NCBI GenBank assembly: GCA_963817915.1
Contig: CAWFQL010000009.1
Span: forward strand, 308,271 to 372,270
DNA length: 64,000 nt
Source: an uncultured candidate division Zixibacteria bacterium
GTDB lineage: Bacteria; Zixibacteria; MSB-5A5; UBA10806
Direction of reading: 5' to 3'
The notes under the pieces are model-generated. The model did no database searches. It saw nothing but the letters and a program-made list of their open reading frames with translations, and was not told the DNA's origin. The translations under genes and the position numbers were made by a program. Below are positions 1 through 10,392 of the stretch, piece after piece; position 1 is the first letter of the stretch; the number at the start of each line of letters is the position of its first letter.

Positions 1-1764
1 TACTGTTCCGGCATCAGTGATATATCTCATGCCCAGAAGTACAGACTGGCCAGCGTAGGACGCCAATGGGAATTTAGCCAAAACCCAGGCGTTCGAGAGT
101 CCGGTAATACCGTTGCCCTGATTAAGGCCGTGAGGATTGGTATTCGTGGTTATATTACCCGCCAGATTAGTGAATGTTACTCCACCATCCGTGGATAGTT
201 GTACATAAGCATAATCATAACCATCTTCGATTCGGTACCATGCCCAGAATTGCAATGTGTCATTGGCGCCGACGGTAATCGGGTTTTTGAGAACACAATA
301 GCCGTTATAATTGAAGCCCGTGCCGCCATATAATCCGTAAGTCCCCGAATGATGATGCGTGGTTCTGCGAACAAAACCATGCAGATTCCAATCGTTGGTG
401 TTATCGTCAAAATCATCGGTTAGTCTCTGGAATCCGGTCAATTCGGTTAATTCATAGGCGACGGCCGGATTCAATGTATCGCTATGAGTCCAGGAGACTG
501 TGAATGAATCGGCATAAATATCACCAATCGGATTCAAATGCGGCGCGACTGGAGCATCGATGCCATATGGATTCTCGGCGATTTTCGCGAGATACATTAG
601 AGCGCTGAGAGCGTGTCCCCAAAGTATCGGAATTCTTGATTGCGGCGCCCAAAAGCCATCGGTGTTATCGCCCATCTCCATTACGAAACCAAGCATCTTA
701 GGCTTCTCAGTCTGTTCGCCATACTGCCAATCAGTAGATTCGCCGTTTGTATTATAGAGAAGCTCCCAGGGAGTCCCCTGAGCATATCCGCTAAAAGCAG
801 TGCAGGAATCGCCAATAATCGTAAATAACGGCTGATCTGGGGCATGGATATTCGCATATCCCCAGGGATAAAGGAAATAACCGCCGTACGTGTGGAAATT
901 CATGATTACTTTAATATTGGGATGCGAGTTTATGAATTGTCTCATCGATTCGGTTTCGGACTCGGAAAATGCGGAAGCGCCGCGATAGGTCTCGTCGGAT
1001 TGATATGGCGATGAACCATTATTGTCATATCCCCACTCGTAACCCCAATTGCGGTTAAGATCGATTCCGTAGCCTCCGCGGCGATTTTTACGCCACATTC
1101 CGCCGCCACCGGGATTGGTCTGGCGATTATATTCATAACCATCAGGATTGACTATCGGCAAAATGTAGAATTCACGATTATTGACAAGGTGAGTCACGAT
1201 TGAATCGCTACCATAGTTTTGGCAAAGATAATTGATGAATCGAAGGCAATTTTCACCGCCCATGGGCTCTCTCGCGTGAATAAGACCGTTCACAAACATT
1301 CCCGGCTCATTCTCATTGCTATCGGGATTATCCGAAATCTTCATCATCCAAAGCGCCCTGCCCTGAATAGTGGGCCCAATGGAATCCCTGGCAGTCGTAA
1401 TATTGGGATAAGCGGCATGAAGCGAATCCATATAGGCTAACGCTTCGGCATAGGTCTTATAACCGCCCATAGTCGCGCCAAGCGGGTTTCTCGATTGATA
1501 GAACGCGACCAAGTCGGCGTGGATAACCTTCGGATTGAGGCCGGCGGCAGACAGGCGGGCTAAATCGGTGTCATCGGCGATAATATCCGCTATGCCATCT
1601 TTGGAAACTGATGGCACGTCAAAATCGCCGGTACGAAGAAATTCTGCGGCGCCCTTAATGCTCAAATCGACCTGAACAAGCATTGGCCGCTCATGAGTAG
1701 CCGCAATCAGTGTTGTCGCCGCTATCATCATTATTGCACATGTAAACCAGAATAACTTTTTCAT
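1..1764 (-). CDS. Secreted M14 zinc carboxypeptidase (carboxypeptidase T-like) with downstream beta-sandwich domains; runs off the window edge
   Basis: Not in the ORF track; translated by hand from ATG 1764 (RBS AAGGAG). Signal peptide MKKLFWFTCAIMMIAATTLIA; motifs HARE, NPDG, WRKNR, GIDLNRN, FHTYG; open to base 1. Confidence 0.9.
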   Translation of the reverse strand, partial: MKKLFWFTCAIMMIAATTLIAATHERPMLVQVDLSIKGAAEFLRTGDFDVPSVSKDGIADIIADDTDLARLSAAGLNPKVIHADLVAFYQSRNPLGATMGGYKTYAEALAYMDSLHAAYPNITTARDSIGPTIQGRALWMMKISDNPDSNENEPGMFVNGLIHAREPMGGENCLRFINYLCQNYGSDSIVTHLVNNREFYILPIVNPDGYEYNRQTNPGGGGMWRKNRRGGYGIDLNRNWGYEWGYDNNGSSPYQSDETYRGASAFSESETESMRQFINSHPNIKVIMNFHTYGGYFLYPWGYANIHAPDQPLFTIIGDSCTAFSGYAQGTPWELLYNTNGESTDWQYGEQTEKPKMLGFVMEMGDNTDGFWAPQSRIPILWGHALSALMYLAKIAENPYGIDAPVAPHLNPIGDIYADSFTVSWTHSDTLNPAVAYELTELTGFQRLTDDFDDNTNDWNLHGFVRRTTHHHSGTYGLYGGTGFNYNGYCVLKNPITVGANDTLQFWAWYRIEDGYDYAYVQLSTDGGVTFTNLAGNITTNTNPHGLNQGNGITGLSNAWVLAKFPLASYAGQSVLLGMRYITDAGTV

Positions 1765-1832
1765 TAAAAATCTCCTTTTAAACACTAAAACAGATAACTT
1801 TGGCCATTCGTTCCGAAATATCTCATTAATCT

Positions 1833-1861
1833 ATAATAAATCCAATTGATCATTCTGTCAA
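1833..1861 (-). promoter_or_regulatory. Putative sigma70 promoter of the carboxypeptidase
   Basis: TTGACA-17 nt-TATTAT on minus strand, about 70 nt upstream of the ATG. Confidence 0.55.
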
Positions 1862-1876
1862 ATCACCTTTTATAGA

Positions 1877-1908
1877 AATTGGGGTTGGCAATAATGTCAA
1901 CCCCAATT
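1877..1908 (-). terminator. Hairpin downstream of the RNase H-like gene
   Basis: AATTGGGGTTG...CAACCCCAATT inverted repeat; weak U-tract. Confidence 0.5.
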
Positions 1909-1939
1909 CCACCCTTATCATAGCTGAGAACTTTACTAT

Positions 1940-2317
1940 TTAAGCAGCAAGGCCATCTTGAGCCAGATTCTCATTAATTGGAATCCAATTTAGAGTAAAT
2001 GGTATTTTTCTTTTGTACCCGACTGCCATGTTTAAATACGGTTCCAGACCTTTGGGCGCTTTGAGTCCCTTATTTACCTGGCTAATAATCTTATAGTCGT
2101 TACCAAAAACTTCAATTCGTTTATTCTTAAAGAGATGGGGATTGAGTTCTACGAATTCAAGGAGAGCCAAGAGGCTGGCATATTCACATTCGTCCTGAGT
2201 GCCATTAAACTGGGCCCTGAAAGTGATACCGATGTCGGGAATGGCAAAGGTCACAAGACTATTATATCCCGCTAAACCGTTGTCATCTCTTTTTCGCCCG
2301 TGATAGAAGCATTTCAT
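1940..2317 (-). CDS. Small RNase HI-like fold protein with degenerate active site
   Basis: ATG 2317 with AAGGAGG RBS. Motifs ECEYASLLALL, FGNDYKIISQV and WIPINENLAQD parallel RNase HI AEY.AL, GDS.LV..Q and W.PRE.N..AD. Confidence 0.6.
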   Translation of the reverse strand: MKCFYHGRKRDDNGLAGYNSLVTFAIPDIGITFRAQFNGTQDECEYASLLALLEFVELNPHLFKNKRIEVFGNDYKIISQVNKGLKAPKGLEPYLNMAVGYKRKIPFTLNWIPINENLAQDGLAA

Positions 2318-2358
2318 TTTAAGGCCTCCTTTTGTTGTCTCCGTCCACAAGCATTTTC

Positions 2359-2375
2359 AGCAAATGCCGTGCCTG
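2359..2375 (-). promoter_or_regulatory. sigma54 (-24/-12) promoter
   Basis: Minus strand CAGGCACGGCATTTGCT matches GGCACG-N4-TTGC with correct spacing, about 40 nt upstream of ATG 2317. Confidence 0.7.
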
Positions 2376-2734
2376 CTTTACATTGGCCTTACAAGCCCCT
2401 CCTTTTCGACCAATATTGACGTCCTAATCCATTGTCTATCTTATTCTTACAAATCTAAATTTCCCAATAGCCCATAGCCTTCCTTACTAATAAATATTGA
2501 GACAATAATTGTGCATTGCAGAGGGGTGCTTCACTCGAAATGCAGCAAATGGTAAATATAGTGCATAAGTACTTTTAGATTCAAATTGTTGGTTCACAGG
2601 TTTCAAACTACTACCCATTTACTATAATATACAAAAATTATCAGTAATAATTCCTATCTATTTTAAAAATATATAGATAATCCCCTCCTCAATTTTATCT
2701 ATAAGCGGTCTCATAAGGAATAATGAGTGATTCC

Positions 2735-2773
2735 AAAAAACATAGCCCCCGCTCGAATTTGAGCGGGGGCTAT
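2735..2773 (-). terminator. Rho-independent terminator of the subtilase gene
   Basis: ATAGCCCCCGCTC/GAGCGGGGGCTAT stem followed by T6 on the minus strand. Confidence 0.85.
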
Positions 2774-2797
2774 TGGCGTAGGTGTTAAGAAACGATG

Positions 2798-5700
2798 CTA
2801 CTTCAGCATCATCATTTTCTTAGTAAAGGTTTTTCCGCCTGCATTGAGTTTGTAGAAGTACATACCCGAAGCGACACCTGAACCAGTTTCATCGGTGCCA
2901 TTCCAAATAATCGATTGATATCCGGCATTCATTGGGCCATTGGCGAGAGTTTTCACTTTCTGACCAAGGACGTTGAATATTTCCAGAGTAACAGCCGAAT
3001 TAGTCGGTAAAGCAAACCGAATTTCTGTGGACGGGTTGAACGGGTTAGGATAGTTCTGTGAGAGAGCGAATTCAGTTGGCAACATGGTAGGCTTATCATC
3101 GATGCCAGTAGGACCGACACGGAATATCACCGGTACTGTGATCTGAGCAACCTGGTGGTTGGCATCAGTTCCTGTTACCAGCAATGAGCCGTTGTAGGTA
3201 CCTATCTCGAGGAATGACGCGTCGAATGAAATGGTGCTATTAGTATTCTGGCCGTAATTAACAGTTCCCGATGCGGGATCAGCCGCTAGCCAGCCAGCAG
3301 TAAATCTAACCGCCAACTCGCTATGAACGTAGGTCTGATCGTAGGCAACCTGCAATCCAATAGAACCATCACCATTCTGGATACCAATCGTGTTGCTATC
3401 ATCCGGATAGCCGATATCCATATAGTTGAATGTGATCGCGCCGCTCGATGAAAGAACAATCTGGAATGAATAAGGTCCACCGCTGCTGTAATGAGGCACA
3501 TTAATGTAGGAGATAACCAACTGAGAACCATCGGTGTAGTAGTATGATTCACCGCCGGCAGAGAAATTAAGATCATCCCAGAACGGGGCGAGCATATTTT
3601 CCGGCGCTGATGGATCCGGTAAAGGACCATTAAAGTATACTGTACCATTGTTAGTGAATGATATCCAACCGTTGGAGCAGGCATAGAATTGACTGAACGT
3701 GCTTCCATAGTACGGGAATTCGAAACCGATATCCATCGGTCCCATACTCTGATCGTCTCCGCTTAGACCTATTGGTGTGCCTTCATTCTGGATATCAATC
3801 CAGTTATAAGTCGGTCCACCTGGTTCGTCTGAATCAATCCATAGATACCCGAATGAATCCGGGCCGCCGCGTCCAAGGGTCATCGGAGGATGTGTAGGCT
3901 GGCTTTGATCCTGCGATTTATCATAGGTTGTATTGTTGGAATGCGGTACTGCCTGGAACGACCATGTCGGACTCCAATCGCGCGCATTACGCACCCTGTT
4001 GGTATTGGCTACAATCGAGTAATTGATAGCCAGGCCGCCGGGGTTGGAGATATTCAAAGGTCTGGTAACTATCTGGCCAACGCCTCCACCAACATCAAAC
4101 GATGTGGGATTAAGTATCATTCTGCCGCCGAGTCTCGGAGTGCCGGATACTTCATTTGATCCAGGCGATTCTTCTACTGGCGGATTGTTGTAAACCGCTG
4201 TCACTTTATAGTAATAGGTTGTACCATTTACTACCGCGGAATCATTGTAAGCATTGCCCAGAACATAAGAGGAATTGATTTTATTCGCCGGGGTAATGAC
4301 TACGTTAGGAGTAGTCTGACGATAGACGTTGTATCCCAGCAATTCCTCTGTATCCAGCGGACGAGGATTATCGCCGCCGGAATTGGACATAGTGAGCATC
4401 GGAGCAGTTTTGCTGCTCAGAGGCACTACCACTGATGTGGCTTTTTCATTGATCGGCAATGTAGTCTTCCTTGCCAACTCCGGAGTCGGAGCCTTCTCGG
4501 AAAGGGTGAGGCTTCTGCCGTTATCAACGATTGTGACCCTGATCATCTGGTCGCCAGAATAAGTATCCTGCTGTCCCCAGATGCCGCCGACAAATGCCCA
4601 TTTGTTCTCAGGGAAATCGGTAAATGCATCGAGGCCGATACCTTCTTCACCGCCACCGGCTATATTCTGGAAACCAACCCAGAAATTAGGTCCGTTGACA
4701 ATCAAGCCGCCCTCGATCGGGGCCATAATGGTCTGACCAATTTCACCGGTAACTTCAGCATAGTATACCATGTCGCCGGGCTGACCAGAACCGTCGTCAT
4801 CGAATACTGAAACTCCGATCGGATCCGCTGTTCCATCCGGCCATGGCCAATAGGCATCGCCTTCAGTAAGAGTATGAATCCAGAGAGTATCGATTTCAAT
4901 AGGTGAATTGGCTGAGAAGCTATTAGCTATGATAGCATCATAAGCATAATAGTAGTATGCATTGACCAATACACCGTCGTCATAGACGATAGTTCTTGTC
5001 GGACGCATACCTGGAGCGGCCCAATGTAATGGAACACAACCTTCCTGATCGTTTGTGGCTCTCAGGTTGGTCGGAGGCAGATTTCCAACTGATACGAAAA
5101 CCTGGTTGGAGTATGCCGATTCCATCGCAGGATTGCCGTTATCGACAGCCGTAACGACTATTCCATAAGTGCCATCCTGGCCGACTGGAATATTAATAGT
5201 AGCGGCTGGTGAAGTGCTTGTACCAGCGAGAACGTAGGAACCGCCCGGAACAAGCTTCTTCCAAATGTTGTAGTGATTGAAATCGCCCATCTGATTCGTG
5301 AACGTCCAGGTCAGATTAACATTACGACCATTAACGACTGCGGCTAAATCTGCAGGCGGTTCAGGCGAATGGTTGGCCGGTGTAGCATTGGCTTCGTTGG
5401 AGGCCGGTGATGCTACAGAGTCTGACCATGTCGCTGTCATGGCATAATAATAAGTCGTACCATTGACGATTCCTGCGTGGTCAGTATAACGAGTATCCGC
5501 GCCAGGAATACCGGAAGTAATCAAGTGAGCGTTATCCAGCGGTACAGGCGAAGAAAGCGCACGGTATAGATTGTAGTGAGCGGGAGCAAATCCTTCCGGA
5601 CCTGTTCCTATCCTGATGGCCATTTCGCTATGGAGATAGTCGGCGTCAGCAACAACCTGCAATCCGATTGATCCATCACCATTCTGGATACCTACTGTGC

Positions 5701-8700
5701 AGCTATTTGTCGGCACGCCCAAATTTTCGTACTGAAGGATAATTGTGCCTGTCGCACGGAGTATCCACTGGAATGTATAAGGTCCGCCACCGCCGAAATG
5801 GTTAATTCCAATATATGAAATCACCAATTCCGAACCGTCGCTATAGTAATAGAATGATCCACCGTCTCCTGCATTTAAGTCATCCCAGAATGCGGCTATC
5901 ATATTTTCAGGAGCGGACGGATTGGGAAGCGGCCCATTAACGTAGTCTGTGCCATTGCTTGTGAAAGAAAGGAAGCCATTCGAGCACACATTAAATTGGC
6001 TGAACATATTGCCATAGAATGGGAAATCAAAGCCGATATCCATCGGGCCGACGCTTTGATCGTCAGCATTTAACGGTATTGGCGTACCATTATCAGTAAT
6101 GTCTACCCAAGCATAGGCGGGTCCACCTGGTTCATCTGAATCAATCCAGGTATAACCAAACGCATCCGGACCACCCTGATCAGCAATCACTGGAGGATTG
6201 ATCGGACCATTAATACCCTTCTTGGATAAATCAAGTGGTGCTTGATGGCGTACTGGGCGAGACGGTGTAGAGCCACTCGAAGCTCCACGCCACGAGCCAG
6301 GGAGCATCCAACGCAACGGTACTGCGAATTCCTCACCGCTGACTGCGATAAGGCCGCTCGGCGGCAGATGACCAACGAGGCCATAGGCTGTGTTTGATGG
6401 CTCAGAAGAAAGCGGAGGAGTTCCATCATCGACAGCGATAACTCTGTAACCGTAGGTTCCGTCCTGACCCTGGCCGATAACATCGACATAGGCCATAACG
6501 GTGGTCGTAGCAATCTGACCCCAAGCCCCATACGGCATGAGTTTGCGCTCTACCGAGAAATGAGCGAAATCGCGGTTAGCGTTGTTGAAATTCCATGTGA
6601 GGTTTACGTTACGTCCGACAACGTTAGCGACCAGGTTGGTCGGCGCTTCGGGCGAGGCATTAATAGGAGTGGCTGTGGCTTGATTGGAAGGACCAATTTC
6701 CACGTTCTGGCCGCCGCCTATATCGTAAACTGCTGATCCCTGATAATAATATAATGTACCATTGGTAAGACCGTTGGGAAGATCATCGCCCCAATCATCA
6801 TAGGCTGTAGCAGTTATGATCGAACCATTGATCTTTGGTAGATGACGATCATAAGGGCCGGTCGCGACATCACGATACAAGTTGTAGCCCAAAAGGACTG
6901 CAACGTCGGTGATTATCGGAGGATCCGAGCTCAACATGATCTTAGGATAGTGAGCGGTTCTATCAATGATCTTAGAGGCGCTGGAATTACCCGATGCCAC
7001 TACGGCATGAGTATTCGCTCTATTATTATTTACACCTAAATTGGCCGGTACGGTCCTTTTCGGACCTGAATCAAATGATAACCAGCCGTTGCTGCGGGCT
7101 CCACCAAATACTTTGGCGCGAATCATATGATCGCCATCGTAGTTGGATTCAAGACCCCAGACGCCGCCCATACGGGACCATTTGTTGCCGGGATAATCGG
7201 TGGTCGCATCAAGGCCTATGCCTTCTTCGCCACCTCCAGCGATGTTGTTCATGGCCACCCAGAATCTATCCGTGGCTTCAACTTCAGGTACGTCAACCTT
7301 AACCCACTGTCCCAATTCGCCGGTAACTTCGGTATAGAACGCGGCATCAGCCTGCGGATTACCGGAACCGTCGTCAAGATAAACCGAGACGCCGATAGGA
7401 TCGGGACTTGCATCAGGCCATGGCCAATAAGGATCGCCCTCTGTCAGGACATGAATCATGACGGAGTCAATGGTAGCGGCACCATTGATTTCAAACATTT
7501 CAGCCATTAAGGCGTCATAAGCATAGTAGTAATACGCATTGACCAATGCTCCGTCGTCGTACGCGATTTCGCGCGATTCGGTCATGCCAGGGGCTAACCA
7601 GGTTAGAGGAACATGATGATCAAGACCACCGGTTGCGTGAAGGTAAGTCTGAGGACCTTCGGTACCGGCTAATTGGATAATGAAAGTATCATCACGATCA
7701 TCAAATACGAAATCGTATGAACCATCAACTGTAGGTGTGAAGGTAATATTCGCGCCACCAACTCCGCCGATGCCATACCAGCCAACGTTGGAATGCATGA
7801 CCGTGAATTTAAATGTGTACATGGTGTTTGCAATTAGCGGAGTTGCAGCACCCCACTTGGTCGGCCTGTTGTTCACGCCACGGGCCAAATCAAGATTCAG
7901 ACCATGATCGCCAACTGCGGAGATAATCCAGTTATTGTAGGACCCGGAGGGGTTGACCGACAATGTAGGAACCGTAGGCGGATTAAGGTTTAGAATCTGG
8001 AATCCTGCGCCGTCATCCAAACGAGGCGCTTCGCCATTGTAGTTTTCAGAATAGATAGCCCATTGATAGGTATGAGTAAGATCGCGAGCAAGAAGCACGT
8101 TTCCGGTGAAAATACCGTCGTTGGCTGCTTGATCGGGAGATACGCCGTCATCTTTGATGGCAAGGAGATCGCCAGACCAACCGGCATCGTAGAAGCCATC
8201 GTTATTCCAACTACCTTTGAGGTAGAAGGTACGATAGGAAGCATCCACGGGATTGCCAAATTGAGCTTTTAAAGTGACAGTGACTTTGCCTTCAAGGGCA
8301 TAGTTCGCGAAAGTTGTTTCATTTTCAGCGACCATTTTCTGGTCAAAAACTGGGAGGTGTGTCGGCGGGAATTCAACTCTGATATTCCAGAGTGTATCGG
8401 CCGGCATGTATAATGAATAGGATCCATTTGCTCTGGAAGATGCGCTCCAGGGTCTGCCAACTACACTAACCATGGCACCCTGTAACGGGAGACCGGAAGC
8501 CTGGTCTGTAACTGTTCCAGCCAGGACGCCCCAACCATGCAACAGCGATAATGCTCTCTGCACTGCCGCGTATGCATTGACAATACCCATACCATATGAG
8601 TTGTCATTGCCTTGCGGGCCTAAATCTGTGGCAGTATCGAGAAGAATTTCGCGAACCTGAGCAGATGTTAGGTTCGGGTTTGCCTGACGCATTAAAGCGA

Positions 8701-10003
8701 CGACACCGGCGACGTGCGGAGTGGCCATTGAGGTACCGCTCCATCCGCCCTGGTATTGACCGCCAGGAACAGAACTGCGAACGTTAACGCCAGGAGCCGA
8801 AACTTCGGGCTTAATCGCTGCGTCACCATTCGGTGTGCAATAGGTCGGGCCGCGCGAAGAGAAGTCCGCGATCGGCAGACTCTGGTTATTGCCATCAACT
8901 GCGGCAATAGCAAAGCTGGTTATGTCTGTTGTGGCTCTGTCTGCCGGACGTCTGAGTGAAGTCGGGCCAGGGCCTTCATTACCTGCGGCGAAAACAACGA
9001 CAATACCGGCGGCTTCGGCGCCGTCAAGAACTGCCCAGAATGTTTCATCGCAATCGGGATAACCGTGACCGGTTGTAACACCCCATGAGTTGGAGTTGAC
9101 ATCGGGAACGTCCCAAACTGTGGCTGGATTGCCATCAGGATCAACGATCCACTGGAATGACAATAAAGCATTTGTTACGGTCGGACCAATGCCGCCTCTA
9201 TCAATTACGCCGGCTGACATCCACTGTGCGCCAAAAGCAACACCGATGGTATCGCCAGTATTGACACCGAGACCGCAAATCGTGCCCATTGTATGGGTAC
9301 CATGCTGACCGGAATCAAAGGGGAAATCTGTGAAAGTCACCGGATCAAACCAAGCCCAATCCGCATGACCGTCGTATCTGCTATCGTAACCTCTCCAGCG
9401 AGCATTTAACGCCGGGTGGTTGCCATCGACACCAGTATCGAGATGGCTGACAAGCCTTCCTTCACCGGTGAAACCCATAGCCCAAGCTTGGGGAGCATTG
9501 ATGGCGCGGAGGCCATTTTCCACACCTGCAATCGACGGCTCATCTTGGCCGTGGCTGACAGGTTCAGTATTGGAAATTTCATAGTCAGGGCTGACTTGAA
9601 GAACGTCATTGCGCTGAACCAGAATATCCAATACTTCAGGGGTGGCTGTCACCAAAACAATATTGGCAACCCAAAGGCCTTGGAATTTTTCAACCTTGCC
9701 TTGATTGGCCAGATCGGCCAACTGAGCCATGATGTCGCCCTGAGTTTCCGTTGCCTTGGCCTGAAGAGCCCTGACTACGACCTCATGCCACTCACGACGA
9801 TCAGCCTGCCTTGCAGTAAGCTCGGCCTGCAATGCATTAAGATCTACTTGGTCCGCCATTGTAATAATAGCGCCGACCATCGGCTGAGACGAATGATCAG
9901 CCAAGTACGGCTGGAACGCAGCACTATACTGACCGGCAAACGCGTAGGAGCCGATAGACATTAAAACCAAACAGAACAACACAATTTTGAATGGTTTTTT
10001 CAT
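2798..10003 (-). CDS. Giant secreted S8 subtilase (bacillopeptidase F-like) with FN3-like and duplicated accessory domains and a C-terminal T9SS-CTD/FlgD-like domain, ~2401 aa
   Basis: Triad motifs LDTGVD, HGTHTMGT, GTSMATPHVAG. Signal peptide from M27 of the ORF (GGAGA RBS). Duplicated GGPDxFGYxWIDSDEPGGP and YDDGxLVNAYYYYAYDA domains. Tail NYPNPFNPST...KMMMLK. Confidence 0.9.
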   Translation of the reverse strand: MKKPFKIVLFCLVLMSIGSYAFAGQYSAAFQPYLADHSSQPMVGAIITMADQVDLNALQAELTARQADRREWHEVVVRALQAKATETQGDIMAQLADLANQGKVEKFQGLWVANIVLVTATPEVLDILVQRNDVLQVSPDYEISNTEPVSHGQDEPSIAGVENGLRAINAPQAWAMGFTGEGRLVSHLDTGVDGNHPALNARWRGYDSRYDGHADWAWFDPVTFTDFPFDSGQHGTHTMGTICGLGVNTGDTIGVAFGAQWMSAGVIDRGGIGPTVTNALLSFQWIVDPDGNPATVWDVPDVNSNSWGVTTGHGYPDCDETFWAVLDGAEAAGIVVVFAAGNEGPGPTSLRRPADRATTDITSFAIAAVDGNNQSLPIADFSSRGPTYCTPNGDAAIKPEVSAPGVNVRSSVPGGQYQGGWSGTSMATPHVAGVVALMRQANPNLTSAQVREILLDTATDLGPQGNDNSYGMGIVNAYAAVQRALSLLHGWGVLAGTVTDQASGLPLQGAMVSVVGRPWSASSRANGSYSLYMPADTLWNIRVEFPPTHLPVFDQKMVAENETTFANYALEGKVTVTLKAQFGNPVDASYRTFYLKGSWNNDGFYDAGWSGDLLAIKDDGVSPDQAANDGIFTGNVLLARDLTHTYQWAIYSENYNGEAPRLDDGAGFQILNLNPPTVPTLSVNPSGSYNNWIISAVGDHGLNLDLARGVNNRPTKWGAATPLIANTMYTFKFTVMHSNVGWYGIGGVGGANITFTPTVDGSYDFVFDDRDDTFIIQLAGTEGPQTYLHATGGLDHHVPLTWLAPGMTESREIAYDDGALVNAYYYYAYDALMAEMFEINGAATIDSVMIHVLTEGDPYWPWPDASPDPIGVSVYLDDGSGNPQADAAFYTEVTGELGQWVKVDVPEVEATDRFWVAMNNIAGGGEEGIGLDATTDYPGNKWSRMGGVWGLESNYDGDHMIRAKVFGGARSNGWLSFDSGPKRTVPANLGVNNNRANTHAVVASGNSSASKIIDRTAHYPKIMLSSDPPIITDVAVLLGYNLYRDVATGPYDRHLPKINGSIITATAYDDWGDDLPNGLTNGTLYYYQGSAVYDIGGGQNVEIGPSNQATATPINASPEAPTNLVANVVGRNVNLTWNFNNANRDFAHFSVERKLMPYGAWGQIATTTVMAYVDVIGQGQDGTYGYRVIAVDDGTPPLSSEPSNTAYGLVGHLPPSGLIAVSGEEFAVPLRWMLPGSWRGASSGSTPSRPVRHQAPLDLSKKGINGPINPPVIADQGGPDAFGYTWIDSDEPGGPAYAWVDITDNGTPIPLNADDQSVGPMDIGFDFPFYGNMFSQFNVCSNGFLSFTSNGTDYVNGPLPNPSAPENMIAAFWDDLNAGDGGSFYYYSDGSELVISYIGINHFGGGGPYTFQWILRATGTIILQYENLGVPTNSCTVGIQNGDGSIGLQVVADADYLHSEMAIRIGTGPEGFAPAHYNLYRALSSPVPLDNAHLITSGIPGADTRYTDHAGIVNGTTYYYAMTATWSDSVASPASNEANATPANHSPEPPADLAAVVNGRNVNLTWTFTNQMGDFNHYNIWKKLVPGGSYVLAGTSTSPAATINIPVGQDGTYGIVVTAVDNGNPAMESAYSNQVFVSVGNLPPTNLRATNDQEGCVPLHWAAPGMRPTRTIVYDDGVLVNAYYYYAYDAIIANSFSANSPIEIDTLWIHTLTEGDAYWPWPDGTADPIGVSVFDDDGSGQPGDMVYYAEVTGEIGQTIMAPIEGGLIVNGPNFWVGFQNIAGGGEEGIGLDAFTDFPENKWAFVGGIWGQQDTYSGDQMIRVTIVDNGRSLTLSEKAPTPELARKTTLPINEKATSVVVPLSSKTAPMLTMSNSGGDNPRPLDTEELLGYNVYRQTTPNVVITPANKINSSYVLGNAYNDSAVVNGTTYYYKVTAVYNNPPVEESPGSNEVSGTPRLGGRMILNPTSFDVGGGVGQIVTRPLNISNPGGLAINYSIVANTNRVRNARDWSPTWSFQAVPHSNNTTYDKSQDQSQPTHPPMTLGRGGPDSFGYLWIDSDEPGGPTYNWIDIQNEGTPIGLSGDDQSMGPMDIGFEFPYYGSTFSQFYACSNGWISFTNNGTVYFNGPLPDPSAPENMLAPFWDDLNFSAGGESYYYTDGSQLVISYINVPHYSSGGPYSFQIVLSSSGAITFNYMDIGYPDDSNTIGIQNGDGSIGLQVAYDQTYVHSELAVRFTAGWLAADPASGTVNYGQNTNSTISFDASFLEIGTYNGSLLVTGTDANHQVAQITVPVIFRVGPTGIDDKPTMLPTEFALSQNYPNPFNPSTEIRFALPTNSAVTLEIFNVLGQKVKTLANGPMNAGYQSIIWNGTDETGSGVASGMYFYKLNAGGKTFTKKMMMLK

Positions 10004-10201
10004 AAAAAAAATCTCCATTTGAAGTTTAGAAAACGAAAACCCCTTATGAAATGTTTTGACCTTTGACCTCCTTTTTATCACTTAAAATGGTTTATTATTA
10101 GTGAAGACACTATTATACCTAATGATGTTTTTCTTGCGGAGCTTAAACTTAGTCATTTTGCTAACTTACGTTGACTAAAAAAATAAACATTTACCATTGC
10201 C

Positions 10202-10229
10202 AATATATTTTATATTCAATCTTTGTCAA
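10202..10229 (-). promoter_or_regulatory. Putative sigma70 promoter of the subtilase
   Basis: TTGACA-16 nt-TATATT on minus strand. Confidence 0.45.
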
Positions 10230-10392
10230 GAGATATTATCATTTTTTGAAACGCCCAAGTTGTAAGCTTGGCTTAACTTTTTGACTATAAATAATTTGCA
10301 TTTGAAAGAAATGTGAATAATGGAAGAAAAAGTATTTAATTTCATGCATGTTATTGGATTAAAACCCTTCATTTGCATCAATATAATGGTTT

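Noticed and set aside
177..1440. Small ORFs listed at the window start
   Set aside because: Shadow frames of the edge-truncated carboxypeptidase gene (1-1764).
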